Shown here: piece after piece, positions 19,140 through 32,555 of the stretch
Numbering within the stretch: the first letter of the stretch is position 1
How the letters are laid out: every line of letters begins with the position of its first letter
From: Bigelowiella natans CCMP2755
Lineage: Eukaryota; Protista; Cercozoa
Assembly: GCA_000320545.1 (NCBI GenBank)
Contig: ADNK01001072.1
Location: 1-64,000 of the forward strand
Length of the DNA stretch: 64,000 bases
Direction of reading: 5' to 3'
The notes under the pieces: model-generated
Databases searched by the model: none
The model's input: only the letters and a program-made list of their open reading frames with translations
Told to the model about the DNA's origin: nothing
Position numbers and translations under genes: made by a program

Positions 19140-21262
19140 ATGTTCTGGACCTCAGAACTCTTTGTAAAAAAAAAGGGCAAGCTTGGCTGGATCTGGTTAC
19201 TCGTTGTATTCTGTGTTCTATAATAATTCTCATGGTGTCTCATGCTCTTATAAAATTCCATTTATCAGGATTGCTGGAACTTGTTTTCGCAGAGTGCCAG
19301 CTTCAATTATAAAGGATGCCAACATTACCGAAATGTGTGACAACGTCATAGATACAGAGATTCCGCTTGCATTGCGAGCACAAGCGATTCTAGTTCACGG
19401 CATCTCCCGCATACAGAACAGGAAGTCTTACTACTTCCTCCAACATGTATATAATTAATTGAAATCATTAGGCTTGTTCATTTGATCAGTAGTTCCTAAT
19501 GTTGTGTTGTCATATCATGTTAGGCAATTGGTTTCAAGGTCTCTGTGCAGGTTTTCAAGGATGCTACCAAAGCAAAAAATAATGTTGATCTTCCTCTCAA
19601 TAAAAGGATTGCGAAGTAAATACTCTTTGTGGATTTAATAAATAATGATAATCAAATGTCTGAATACGCTTTAAAATAAATCTGCAGGACGTCCGCCATT
19701 ACAGCTCCAAATCCCACAGACCTAGATTTTAATATTGATGAGATTGTTGATATTGAAGACATCAAAGAGTTCAATTTTGAAATTGAAGATTTTAACAGAT
19801 ACTTGCAGGACGAATACGACCTAGATAAAAATCTATCTATTGAAGCATCCTTTCCAACTTTCGAATTTTCACAGCCAGGAAGAGATTATGAACTCAACCG
19901 ACCGACACGTCGCACTGAAGGTGCTTCGGTATCTTCTTCATCGAAGTTTGGATCTCAATCGTCCTCTAGATATGATGATGATGATGAAATGATCGATATT
20001 GTCGATAAAGACCAGAACTTACAGTTCGACATTTTTGATGAAGAGACTAATAAAAGTGATGTCAAACACGTTAATGGGAATAGAATCGTGCCTGAGGACG
20101 AAAGGCTAAATCACGACGTCGATGATACGCAGTATGGACTGCATGATAATAACTTGGATGAAGAAGATAGGCAAGTCATATCTGAACTAGACTCAGAACT
20201 TCAAAGCATGCAAGAGAGCACAGATATGACCCCAGAAAAAAAAAATTCTCAGAGAAGTCGACGTAAGCGAAAAGTTGCAGAAATAGATGAGATTATTGAA
20301 ATTCCTAGTGCTGAAATTCGACGACAGCTCAGCGACACATCGAGTATACGTACAAAGAGACCTGCCGCAAAAAAGACTAGAATAAGTAGTAAGAGACGGA
20401 AACAAAACTCAGAGTGGACACAGTTCCCTTATTTATTCAATAACACTGATTCGAAACTAGTTACAACACTTCGGAAAAAGATATCAGAAAAAATAATTGA
20501 ACAACAAAAGAAAAAGTTCGAAGAGGCCAAGCTCTCACAGAGTATGAGTTACGAGCCTATTCGAGGGGAAGACATGGTCACATTTGATGACATATTCCCA
20601 GAATATAGCGACCGTGATACACAGGGACACTTTTCTCATTCTGGAGATACTTCGAATCCCGACGTTGAAATGCCCCGAGATCGTTATTCTGCGGAAGATC
20701 CGCTAACCCGCCCACCACCAACTTCGTTTCTCGGTATTGAACTCACAGAAGAAAGTGTTGGAAGGGAATCTCTCGGTTTTGATAGACTATCCTTCGATCA
20801 TCGTCTTTCCATCGGATCGAGAAATACTCAGTCACCTTCTGAAAGCAATTATAGCTCGGAGAATAAGCAAAACTTTAGAGAAAACCGAATGACAAGTATA
20901 TTTCGAAATGTCCTCCAAAATGAATTTGACAAGATCGAAATGAACAATCTTAAGGACGAAGTGCTGTTTAGTAAATTACTTGGTAGATTTGATTATTATA
21001 TAGCTATTGATATGCAGAAAAACATTGAGTCCTTGTGTTGCAGATGAAGTTGTAAAAAATCCTGGTCCAAGCGAAGTTGTGCGAAGTTTTATGCAGTTAC
21101 TTGGTACTGAATCAACATTCATGTATCATGTGTAATTTTGTTCATTCCTCATAATTTTGGTTTTCAGTTCTTCGATCAGCTGGGGAAATCTCTGCAGAGC
21201 AACACGAGCCATATGGCGATATTTTTGTTCGCAAAGCTATCAACTGGTCTGCAAATCTCTAA
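19140..21262 (+). CDS. Cohesin alpha-kleisin, Rad21/Rec8 family (divergent, possibly meiotic Rec8)
   Basis: N-terminal MFWTSELFVKKKGKLGWIW|IAGT...NITEMCDNVIDTEIPLALRAQAILVHGISRIQNRKSYYFL; central DEIIEIPSAEIRRQLSDTSSI; C-terminal winged helix VVRSFMQLL|VLRSAGEISAEQHEPYGDIFV, stop at 21262. Confidence 0.9.
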
Positions 21263-21849
21263 GAGAATAAATTGATTCCAATAGCTAATGAAAAGGCACC
21301 AGACTGTCGATAGTCCAGAGGACACATAACATATATAGGCATTGGATGTTAGGCCAAGCTCTATCATTGCTTTATATTCGCACGCACGCTGCATCCTGTT
21401 ATAACAATGTTGATATGTAGTCATCAAGTGCTGCTGTTATTGCGTGACGCAAAGGGAGTAACTCCGAGCGAATAATTCTTGAGACTATTACTTCGCAATT
21501 TCGTGACGACAAGCACTTGTTCGCATCATGTCTACAATGCGGTCTATTCATAAACATGTGCACTGGTGCAGTGTAATGGAGCAAATAATTCTGATAAGTA
21601 GCATGAAACAGCCATTCATTGTCACATGCATGGCCATGGCAATCATTCAAACATGCGAGGTTAAAGCAATAAATTTATTGAAAATTTTTCATCTTCCAGC
21701 ATGCAGTACCACCATAAATATCAATCAGTATGCATCGGCTTATCGTCCTCAACTATTTCCATTCTGAAATATACACAAGCCATGCACAGGATTAGAAATT
21801 CGCCACCAATCTACATGAAAATTCTGACAATTAAATTAGACACCTTGCT

Positions 21850-23466
21850 CTATTTTGCAGAAAGTCTTTTTGCCATTGAATACCTAATCATTCATTCAAT
21901 TCGTGATCATGTTCGTGTGATTTTCGAATCTTCTGATACGGATATGCCGAAGTGGTATTCCAAATGCAGCGGGATTTTAACAAGAAAAATAGAGGAACAT
22001 AAGAACAAGTAACATGCTGTAAGTGAACATTCGCGTTTATTCGTGCATTAATGTGAATTCTCTTACATATACACTCCGCTTATAGCGATTCCAGCCCCAG
22101 CAAGGTTCAGTGGAGACACAGGATTTCTACGAATTAGAAGAGAATGAAGAAGAGTAAAACTACCATCTGCCTAAAGCACATATTGTGCTCTTTACGAAAA
22201 CTCCCATGAATAATTCTTCGAGGTTAAGATGATGAACGGTATTGTGTTGAAATGAGGTTGGTGTGAAGTACTGGAAGAATATGATGGAGCTGGCAATGAC
22301 TACGACTCGCTTCACACAATTCCTTTGTGGGTAGAAAAATACAAAATATTAATATGGCGATTGGCCACTCAGTCCCCCTCTCCCCCTCCGCCCCCCTCTC
22401 TCAATCTCTCTCTTCCTCTCTCCTCCCCAATTTTGATATCATCACATATTTTAGAGACTTACCCAACCGAATGGGTGACAGGCGAGATTCTATTCAGAAT
22501 CGCGTAGGACAACTAGATGGAGAAGAGTGAGAACAACAACCAGTTACTGCAAGTTTCCACAAGCACCAAAAAAGCAATCGCACTTATCGAAGACATCATG
22601 AATCTACGTAGCATGTTTTAAAAATGGAATGCCTTCCCGCCCCTCCTTCTCCTCTTCTCCTTATTCTTGTTCTTCTACTTCACTTATACGTTAATATTCA
22701 TTTTTCCTCCTTTGCACCCTTCCACTCTTCATACTTGTTGATATGCGTGAAAGAAGAAGGCGGCATATAGAGCTTTCGTTACTACGTCGTTTGAAACCTA
22801 ATCATAACAACAGTTTTGAAGTGGCGTGGATCGTCGTAAAACGGGAGTGTGGTATTGTGATATGCAGGGGGCGGCGAGAAGGCCTATCAGAGCACAGATG
22901 TAGGTGCTGTTATTGTTGTTTATGAGATTGATTACTGCTCCGGATGTCACAAATCCGATTGTCCCCGGTTCGATTATAGCTGCGTAAATAAATAAGTAAA
23001 TTTAGACAGGAATATCATCCTTTTCACACGCCCTTTTCATACGTAATGCGTTGAGTGACCAACCTGAGATCGGAATGGTAATGAGGAAGCTCATGATCGT
23101 CATAATCGAGAAGAAGTTTATCGCGTCGATAGATTTATTCTCCCCTCCCATAACCTGATCACCAAAACCAAAATCCGGGGTGGGTTACAGTAGGCTCGAG
23201 TGGATGAAAATGCAGCTCTGTTTTCGTATTCGCAAGGCTCAGCTTACACAGGATGAAGTGGCTGTAAAACCAAGTTTAAGTATTTTTTGTGCTGACGATG
23301 ATGAAGATGATGATGATGACAATGATAGCTGTTTCTTTGCAAGCTCTCCCTTGCGCATTGTTTCAAGCAACCAGTTTGGACACGACGTTTCGGCTTTGGA
23401 AGAAAAGATTCGATCCCAGTGCAGCAAACAATCCTGGTTTCATAACACACACACACACACACATTG

Positions 23467-23533
<67 letters not shown>

Positions 23534-23998
23534 ATATCATTCCCATAATTTCCATTTGGTCCTCCACTAGGAGGGAATCATTTATACGATTAATAGTGAT
23601 CGATTCTGGAGAATACCTATCCAGTTAAATGATGGCTCTGTAAACGAAGCAAGTGATACGCCAGCAGCTATCTGCAAGACAAAGGACGAAACTAAGCGGA
23701 AATTGAATTATCGTGCACCACAAAAAAATGAAGATGGCGACCTCAACGACGTAATCAACGTCATGATGGGTTATTATAAGTCAACAGAAATAAAAAACTT
23801 ACCGGAATTAATGTAACTAGCACAATGGGGGGGGCCTAAAAAATACGTGTTCAGGAATTATGAATACGTGACAATGTACTCGCATAAATAATCTCTATAT
23901 AAATTCTCTTTCACCAGTGCGATGAAACGAAATGATATCATTTCAGATTATTGAGTTTATTCTGTGGGATATACTACTACTATACGCCACTACTACTG

Positions 23999-24032
<34 letters not shown>

Positions 24033-25753
24033 CCACTGGCCCAGGAATATCCCAGAGAGAATGACGGAGAAGAACGGTTCCAGTGCCTGACACACGATTG
24101 AGAAACAACAACGAACATACACACATACATAATAATAATAATAATAATGATGATGGATGAAAAGTTGCTTCAAGATGACAACCTTAATCGTATGCGTAAA
24201 GGACACAGCAACCTGGCGGATGATGCAATCAACCACACAATTAATCACTCCAAGAAGCCACCCATGGCGGGTGTTGTTCATTCAATGATTATGGCAAGGA
24301 TTTTCAGCGATATGATACTGCAGATCAGCAATCAGCAAACCATTCAACAAAACAACATACGTGATTTGCATGTGAGCTACCTTTCCTAGGGAAACATTGG
24401 TGAGTATATTTCCCATCGCATGAACCTGAAAGACCCCATTCTACTGCTCACCATAGAGAAACTGACGAAAGAGAAATGGACTATGTAGTAGCGCTAGCAG
24501 CAATACTAGAAGTAACAGGGCTAGTGCGTATTTCATCGTCTTCCGCTAAAAAATGATTTGCTAATAACCGCGGCGATCGGAATCAGTTTGACGAGAAAGG
24601 ACGTCATGTGTGCGCGCGATCCAAACTGAGGAAGAGGTTGTAAGCGGAGCCCCCATGCGCTCAGAGCCTACCGTAACGTCAACAGTGGTGAGTTTCTGCG
24701 ACGATAGCGATTAAGTAGGCACAACCGGTGATGGAGCAAGGGCATCATTCATTCATTCATTCGTTCGTTCTACAATCACTCTCACGTTACTAACCAAAAG
24801 CGACCCTACTGCGAATTGAAGCCCCGTGCAGGACACGGGGACAGGGAACTCTGAGAGAACCTGGTAGAGAGTTGTGGCAAGAAACTCGATGGTGATGATG
24901 ATAACAGTGGTTGTAGTAGTAGATGTGCGGGCTATAGATGAACGGTGATTTAGCCATTTAGGAGCGAGCAGCAATTCAAGCACTACAGAGAGTGAACAGG
25001 GCGCAGCATGAAGGAGTAGGCAGACAAAGAGTTGACTATTGCGCATTATCAGTGAAGAAAGCATACACCTGTTTGTTGAAGAGATTAAACCAGATGTTAA
25101 AGGTATACCATCCAAGGAATAGAACTCCTAAAACGGCCATGACTCCCACTCCTTTCCGCCCCTGCTTGTTGATGCGTGTGGACATCTCGTTATTGCCAAC
25201 GCGCAGATCTCCAATTGATGGTTTCCATATTTGTAAAGAGGAAGAAGAGATCGATAATATATTTTCTCCTGTTTTCGTGTTTGCGTGCGTGTATATCTGC
25301 ATGCATGTATTATTGCCGTAATCGATGAAAACCTGCGTTACGTCCATTGAGGTTAGAGATGTTCTCACCACCCTGAGCATGGTGGAAACGCATAAGTATG
25401 CACTTCAGTTTGTATATAATGCGTCGCATGCCATCCACACTCAATAATTGTGGAAGAAATGTAAGTAATCACCTTGATGGAGCTCGCAGGAAGGTGACGA
25501 GAAAGCTCGCAAGATTGAAATTTCTACGACGCAGGTGACTGCCTCCTTGCGTAAAGAGACTCGTGACCATTCTCCGTGAGGGAGTAGATTGGGAGAAAGA
25601 ATATGGTGTTATTTTAGGACTGCTCTCCGACATCAGCGCTGGTGCTCTTAATCGAAGGGATAATGGCTCTTTTGTGGAGCGCCATTGTGGGCTCGTAACG
25701 GTTCCACGGATAATCCCTGAAATTCGAAAGAGTGCCCCAATACGGAGTGATTG

Positions 25754-25809
<56 letters not shown>

Positions 25810-26000
25810 CATCGCTAGTAATGTGAAAACAAAGATTGCACTCTTTTCTTACCTTTTCTCTCTTGATGATGCAGGGAAGCAGCCTTGCCTTCTGCTTGGA
25901 TGGTCACGGACGAAAAGACAAAGATACAAAGCAATAGTGTTGTCGTCGACTTGAAGCAATCATGCTTAAGGCTATGATTGCTTTCAGCCGGCTTTTTCAT
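21850..26000 (-). CDS. Plastidic phosphate translocator (TPT/PPT family) with bipartite leader, multi-exon
   Basis: Exons: LFLGWYTFNIWFNLFNKQV, FPVPVSCTGLQFAVG, VHAMGNILTNVSLGK|VAVSFTHTIK|ALEPFFSVILS, GVSLASFTEPSFNW, LSYAILNRISPVTHSVG|NCVKRVVVIASSI, NPVSPLNLAGAGIAISGVY|MYSMAKRLSAK*. N-terminal signal-like segment TTTLLLCIFVFSSVTIQA. Confidence 0.9.
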
Positions 26001-27080
26001 AGAATGATCCACGCTAGAGAGTCTGCGGTAAAAATATAAACATTAGATTCAGAACAGTGAAACGCAAGACTTAAGGAACAAACCCTCCCACACACATCGA
26101 ACATTCAAAACTCTAGGAACGGGCGAATGCTTCGAGTAAATAGCTCCCGAACAAAGATGGCTACGCTGTATGTATACGCTGTGCCCATTGTTCCTGCTGA
26201 ATCACCTGGTGCGAACTGATCAGGTTAGAGCAACGCTTTTTCGGAAAATTAAACAGCCACATCATCGCAGATATACTTGGCTCAAAGAACGGACCACTTT
26301 CCTGGAAGATTTTCAGCAGGATAAACAAGCAAATCTTACTTCCGAATACTTCCGAATTTAAAAATATCGTGGAAAATGCCCCATCGACAAAAAGATGGTT
26401 CCGTTTATAGATATTACCGAAGACGTTTTGCTTTCGTGCGAACTGACTGTAGGATCTGGTGATCCTTTTTGAATTGCTTGGAAGTTACCAAAGCTCGAAA
26501 AGTTGCTGGAATTTGGGCGTTTTCGTATGGTCAAAGCTGTCATGCGGTTTCTCGTCCGATAGATCTACGTCGTACGAGTAGGAAAAATACGAATTGTAGA
26601 AGAGCTTCACTTTTTGATCGATGAAATCCAGAATTCTGAAGTCTAAATTTCGAACAAAGAAGCTCGCCTGAAGTGGGTCGAACAGCGAAGTCCATATGTC
26701 ATTGAAAAACAGTGTAAAGGTTTACATTTTCTTGTTGCGACTTAAAAAAATACCCATGTCTGAAGAGAAAGGCGTCGGCTCCAATACTTAATAGCGGAGA
26801 AAGAATGGTGAGAGGTCTCACGTGTGCAGCTGTCTTAACCTGTAGGGCACGGAAAACGTTTCCCGAGAGTTCGATATGACCAATGAAGATTACATGACAT
26901 ATAAATCTATGTAAAACGCTTGCGTTGCTTTTTTCGGTCGATCCTTCGTAGATGGATGGTGTGTGGGAAGTCTTCTTCGCTTAGTCAGCAAGATTGGAGC
27001 TCCTTTCAACATGCTTATGACTTATCTCAGACGCGGTGTTGAAGGTGAAAGTACTGGAACAGACTCGTCTATAAGCACAT

Positions 27081-28845
27081 ATGCTTTTCACTTCATCTTA
27101 CTACCTCTTGGGCCTGTGCGCACTGGTCCTCATCTTGCCTGTGGTAAGTTGGATCCGCAGCTGCCGCAGACTTCAATGAGATTCATCTGATTTTAAGTAT
27201 ATACAGCTTGCATATCTTCTATGGTGGTTCTTAACTCCGATTCGCCAGAGCTTTTCCAATCCTCCTGCCCACAGTACGTTGAGGGGAAATATAACGAATA
27301 CAACGAGATGCCAGAACATGAGCTCAATGTTATGATCAATATTGATCTGCTCTGTGGGGTTTCCAATCTAGACCTTAAACTTGCATTCTGTGGCCCATAC
27401 GTGGTAAGAAAGTCTTAAAATTGTTGCTCTTTTTGTTGTGCCTCAGGTTACCGGCACAGCTATCGAAACACCACAACGAACAACGACGAGAGTACTGCCT
27501 AGAGAATAGAATAGTAGTTTCTTCCTCTCTCTTGTCTAGAAATTTCAGTGTGGTGATAATCCAAAAAAATTTCTCTTACCATCTCATTAATTATTGTGCA
27601 TGTCGCTTATTCTCTCTACCATCCGTCATTTTTTGCAGATTTTCCTTCAGTGCACCATGACCATGGAGATGGTGAGTCAAACCCGTCTAAGTTGGATATT
27701 TATTAGTAAATACGTACTCAAAGCATTAAGATTACCTGCTCCCCACCTGTACTTCTAGATGCAGTTTACTTATCTCTCATCGTTCCGGCTTACAATGAAG
27801 AAGATCGGATGGAGGTGCGCACCTGTTCACGAAGCTCGAAACTGTCACCACCTCTGAAATATGATGAATATGCAGGTGATGCTGAATGAAACACTCCCAT
27901 ATCTCGAGGGGAAACAGAAGGCCAATAAAGAATTTACATACGAAATCATCGTTGTAGACGACGGGTATGATCGACACAAAATTAGCTGAAGCAAGAGCGC
28001 ACGTGGATTTGCGCATGAGCCGAATGCTGAATCTATCTCTCGAAATTTTAATTGGACGAAATCTGCATATGCACACCGTTACCTCTCGTAAAAATATTCA
28101 CATACATAAGTGTTTTTACCAGTAACATTCTGATTTGTGTCGGTTGAACTTCTCCGCTCGTTCGTTCGTGCATGCAGAGAACCAGCACCTACAGACTATT
28201 CATAGTTTTTCTATATCATCACAGGAGCCGCGACAAAACGACTGAGATTGCGCAAAAGTAATTAGTATATTTCATCATGAGAGAGAGGAGGGGGCGAGGG
28301 GGGAGGGCAGCATCAATATCTCGTTATTATTGTCTATTCCCAATGCAAGTGAGTCCGCTCCTTCGGTAATCTCAGTTGTGAAAAATAAATCGTAGCATCC
28401 AACTAATGACTAATTGACCTATTTTTTTGCTTATTTTGTGTAGGTACGCTCGTGAGCATGGGTCCGATGTCTTTCGCGTTATGACTTTAAAAAAGAACCA
28501 GGTTAATTGCATCAGCAATAGCGTTAAAAATATAGTCAAATGGGGTGGGGTGAAGGAGCAGCAGAGATCTTTCTAACAGGGACCGAGCTACTGTATCAGC
28601 CTTTGAATTGCATGAATGTGCCCTTTCATCCTTCATTCATCATCTTTAAGTTATTGCCATCCTCATCATCTTATGTCTTCTATGTTCCATATTACTATTA
28701 CTTTCTTTCCCAGGGCAAGGGAGGAGCAGTGCAGCAAGGTTGTTTCTCATTCGAGCAATTAAGCTTCTCAACCAATCCTCCGGAATCTATCTATCTTCAG
28801 CAGCAACTTATAACTATGTGTTCTTCATAATTAAAAAAAATTATA

Positions 28846-28883
<38 letters not shown>

Positions 28884-29176
28884 TAGGCATGTTGCATGCA
28901 CGTGGGAAGTACTTGCTTATGGTAGATGCCGACGGAGCGACGGAAATTAAGGTAAAAGAATCAAAGTAGTAGACAATTATGATACACAAAATGGAGGAGA
29001 TAGGCTAAAGGAGGCCCGAATATCTGAGCATTCATTTTTCCACTTTCGCATCACATGACAGCCGGATTTTGGTCATCATCATTGAGTTGTTCTTACTCTC
29101 AAACCCTAGGACCTAGACAGGCTAATCGAGGCAATGCGCGTTACAGAAGACTCAAAAACAGGGTTGTCCAACATGC

Positions 29177-29215
<39 letters not shown>

Positions 29216-30337
29216 CATAGAGGAGAAAGGGGAGGAATGACTACAGATAAAGAGTGGGAGGGGGTGGGCGGACAACGTGAATATTACAAAATGACATTTG
29301 CTATTAGGTATGGAATTGTTGTTGGTTCACGTGCACATCTTCAAGAAAAAGCAGTAGCGAAGGTAGTAGAATGATTCTTGTCAACAAAACTTGTTATAAA
29401 CGTGTGTGTGTGTGTGTGTGTATTACACAATTATTTTGTGAGCATTGGTTGTCTCCGAAGGTCTGCTGAAGATCATCACTATATTTATTGTCTCTGATCA
29501 GCGCAAATGGTATCGGTCTATTCTAATGCACGGCTTCCATTGGCTCGTGTACACTCTCGCGGTAAGTGCGTGTGGTGTCTGCTTTTTGTGCAGAGAGAGA
29601 GCATTGTTGTACTGGCGTGTGTTCAGCAACCTCAGGGCGAGGACGATCACAGCGAAAATATGAAATTTTTATTTTGCCATGTAAATTCTGAAACGAGGGA
29701 TAAGATAGCCTCATCGTGCGCCATCTTTGCAGGTCAAAAGCATCAAGGACACGCAATGTGGGTTCAAACTTTTCACGCGCAAATCCGCGCAGGTAACGGG
29801 GATTGACGTTATTTAATGTAGGATTTTCGAATACAAAAGGATTTACGCATTCTCAGTGCTCATTTCAATGATTGTAACCCACAGATCCTGTTCTCAAATC
29901 TGAACCTGAGAAGATGGTGCTTTGACGTGGAGGTACATATCTTGACTATGAGCAGTATCGTAGATGGAAGCAAATCGTAGTTAAACGAAACTGATGTATA
30001 CCACGTTTACTATTGTAGCTTCTCTACATGGCTGAATCTCTCAACATGCCGTTGAAAGAGGTTGCAGTGAACTGGCAGGAGATTCCTGGCTCGAAGCTCA
30101 GAGTAAGTCGAGAATGTGATCTTTTTTTTCCAGCATTTATTCGTACTATGAAATTCATAGGTTTTGGAAGCCGCGCTGTTAATGGGCCGCGATTTGGTAA
30201 GAACATGAAGACATACTTCATTTTGTAGACACTAATGTGCATTAATCTTGTAGGTGATAATCAGAGCATGCCATACATTTGGACTATGGCGCATCGCAAA
30301 TCCAGGAATGGGTGAAGAGTCCAAGAAGCAGCGATGA
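27081..30337 (+). CDS. ALG5: Dolichyl-phosphate beta-glucosyltransferase (GT2), multi-exon; start approximate
   Basis: N-terminal TM, FPSVHH, YLSLIVPAYNEEDRM, YEIIVVDDG|SRDKT, NQ|GKGGAV, GMLHARGKYLLMVDADGATEI, IVVGSRAHL, RKWYRSILMHGFHWLV, IKDTQCGFKLFTR, RRWCFDVE|LLY, EVAVNWQEIPGSKL. Confidence 0.93.
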
Positions 30338-31309
30338 ACTCAGCTCTTAGCTAGCCAACATTTCGCAATGAGGTGCCTCAATTTTTGTTGAAATCAAGCT
30401 CTCTTTGAAAGCGGCGTCTACATGCATGTCGCCTAATGTGCATTATTGTGTGTCATGACATGATGACAATTTCTTTGTTGGCATCGATCACGCACAATGA
30501 TCAATGATTTCGCGTTTGATGAGTGCCAGCTAGAGTGGCTCTCGATGCAGTCTAGCAGTGACGAAGCGCGCACACAACGTCCTCTAGTCCTCCATGGTGC
30601 ACATTACAGCATCGTGACGCTCAGATTCGCTCTGTGAACAGTGTCGCTGCAAGTTGCATTCATCATGCAAACGCTAGCACACACGCAACACAGTCTGCTA
30701 TGCTAGCATGAATGAATGGAGTGATTCCAATGGGGCAGCTGAAAGGATTATGGGACACGCCAACTTACAGGAATGAATGAATGAACGAAGCAGTCCCACA
30801 GGAACAGTTGAAAGGATCATGAGTCGCAGCCACCACGCTCAAAATTAACCAGGTCAAAACTCGAATCGAAAAATGGACTCAGTGCTTGCTTCTGAAAGCC
30901 TTGGTTGGGTACGAGTAAAACCTTCTTACGACAAGGATAAATTCATGTCTAGATCTATTTTCTAAAAAATTGTCTCAATTCTACGAGTACGACGTACGAG
31001 TCGTACGCCTCGGACGTGCGAAGGCATTATGTCGCACATGGTTAATTTAAGCTGTTTTGTTTGAGAAGACCTCGTATGAAATGTTCTGCGCAAAAACCGG
31101 GTAATTGTTTGTCGCCCCGGTGCAAATAGAGGCCTTTTGCAGGCAGCACTGCGACAAGGCGCACATCGAGCGTCGACCCAACCCAACGCCTTTCTCAACC
31201 GCTCTCCCATTCCACCTCAGTCACCCTGCTGGGGATCTTGAGATTCGTATAAATACAGGGGTATAAAGCAGCAATGTCGGGAGGAAACAAGAAAGGTCCT
31301 ATCAATAGG

Positions 31310-32517
31310 ATTAGTCCCTCTCTTTGTCGTTGCATTGCTGTCCTTTCTGAATCTCCTCGCCCTTTCTCTGTTTCCCTCTATCTCTTTCTTTCCCTGTTTG
31401 ATTCCGAAATGTAATCCTGCGTGCGAATCGTTCCTGTGTGATCTGGCTTAACCTGTTCATTTAATCCCTCCCGGACAAGAACCAAAACTGCCGTACCAGG
31501 TGCATGCCGCGCTACTAATAATAAAGCTGAGGACGTTTTACGGCGATAGCCCTTATAATAAATAGCTGCTGCTACTACGTATTCTTCATTTTTTCCGGAA
31601 TTGGCGGTCATACACAATCATAAAGTGAAACGCGTTCTTGTTTCATCGTTTCCTCATCCCTCCTCTTACATCCCCTCCCCCCCCCTCGCTCAGTTGGAAA
31701 CATATCTCCACCCTGGGCTGTTGGCGAAAAAGGTGGTAGCTTCTGTACTTGTGAGAAATATACGGCGGGCGTTTTACAGGACTAAATAATCCGTCATTGA
31801 AATCATGCAAGATGTAGTAGTTACGCCACAACGCATCTATACTTATAATCAACATCGTCTCAGAATCTCGAATTTGAAATGAAGCTAGGACTACTCATCG
31901 ATAAAATGTCATTTCGGAAACCAGACATAGGCATTGAAGGTAATATTGTTGCAGGAGACGATGGAAGAGAGCAAAGGGAACGCACAGTAGTAATTACCCG
32001 AAGGAATGCCTTATGCTGTGCAGAAACGGCGTCAGAGCAACCGTGTGAATAGAATTGAAACTTGTTGCTTACTTACTTGCTGTTTGTTCAGAAGGCAAGA
32101 ACAAGTTCGTCCAGTCTTATCCAGACAATTGCAGATTCGAGTCCCAGGTTGCTACCATGCTTACAAATAAAATATGCGTGTTTCTATTCGCCCTGATCTT
32201 CCTCCGTTTCTCTCCCCTCCGACTCTATGGATATTAAGGTCGAATATCGGGTATTCCGTAGTCTGAATAAGCTGCTGAACAAGTTTTGTAAAGACGGTGT
32301 GGGAACCAAAACGCCACTGGGAGTGTTCCGCAAGTAACGATGAATCTACGATAGATGCGTGGGAGTGTGCCTTTACAATAGCCAATGTGTACTTGGAGTG
32401 TAAGTAAGTGCTTAGAGCAGCACTTGCCCTCTTTGCTTGCAGGTACTCGAGAATGCTGTGCATGGATGCTGTGTTCAAGAGTGAGACTGGAGACCCGGTA
32501 ACTACCTCGAAGCTAGT

Positions 32518-32555
<38 letters not shown>

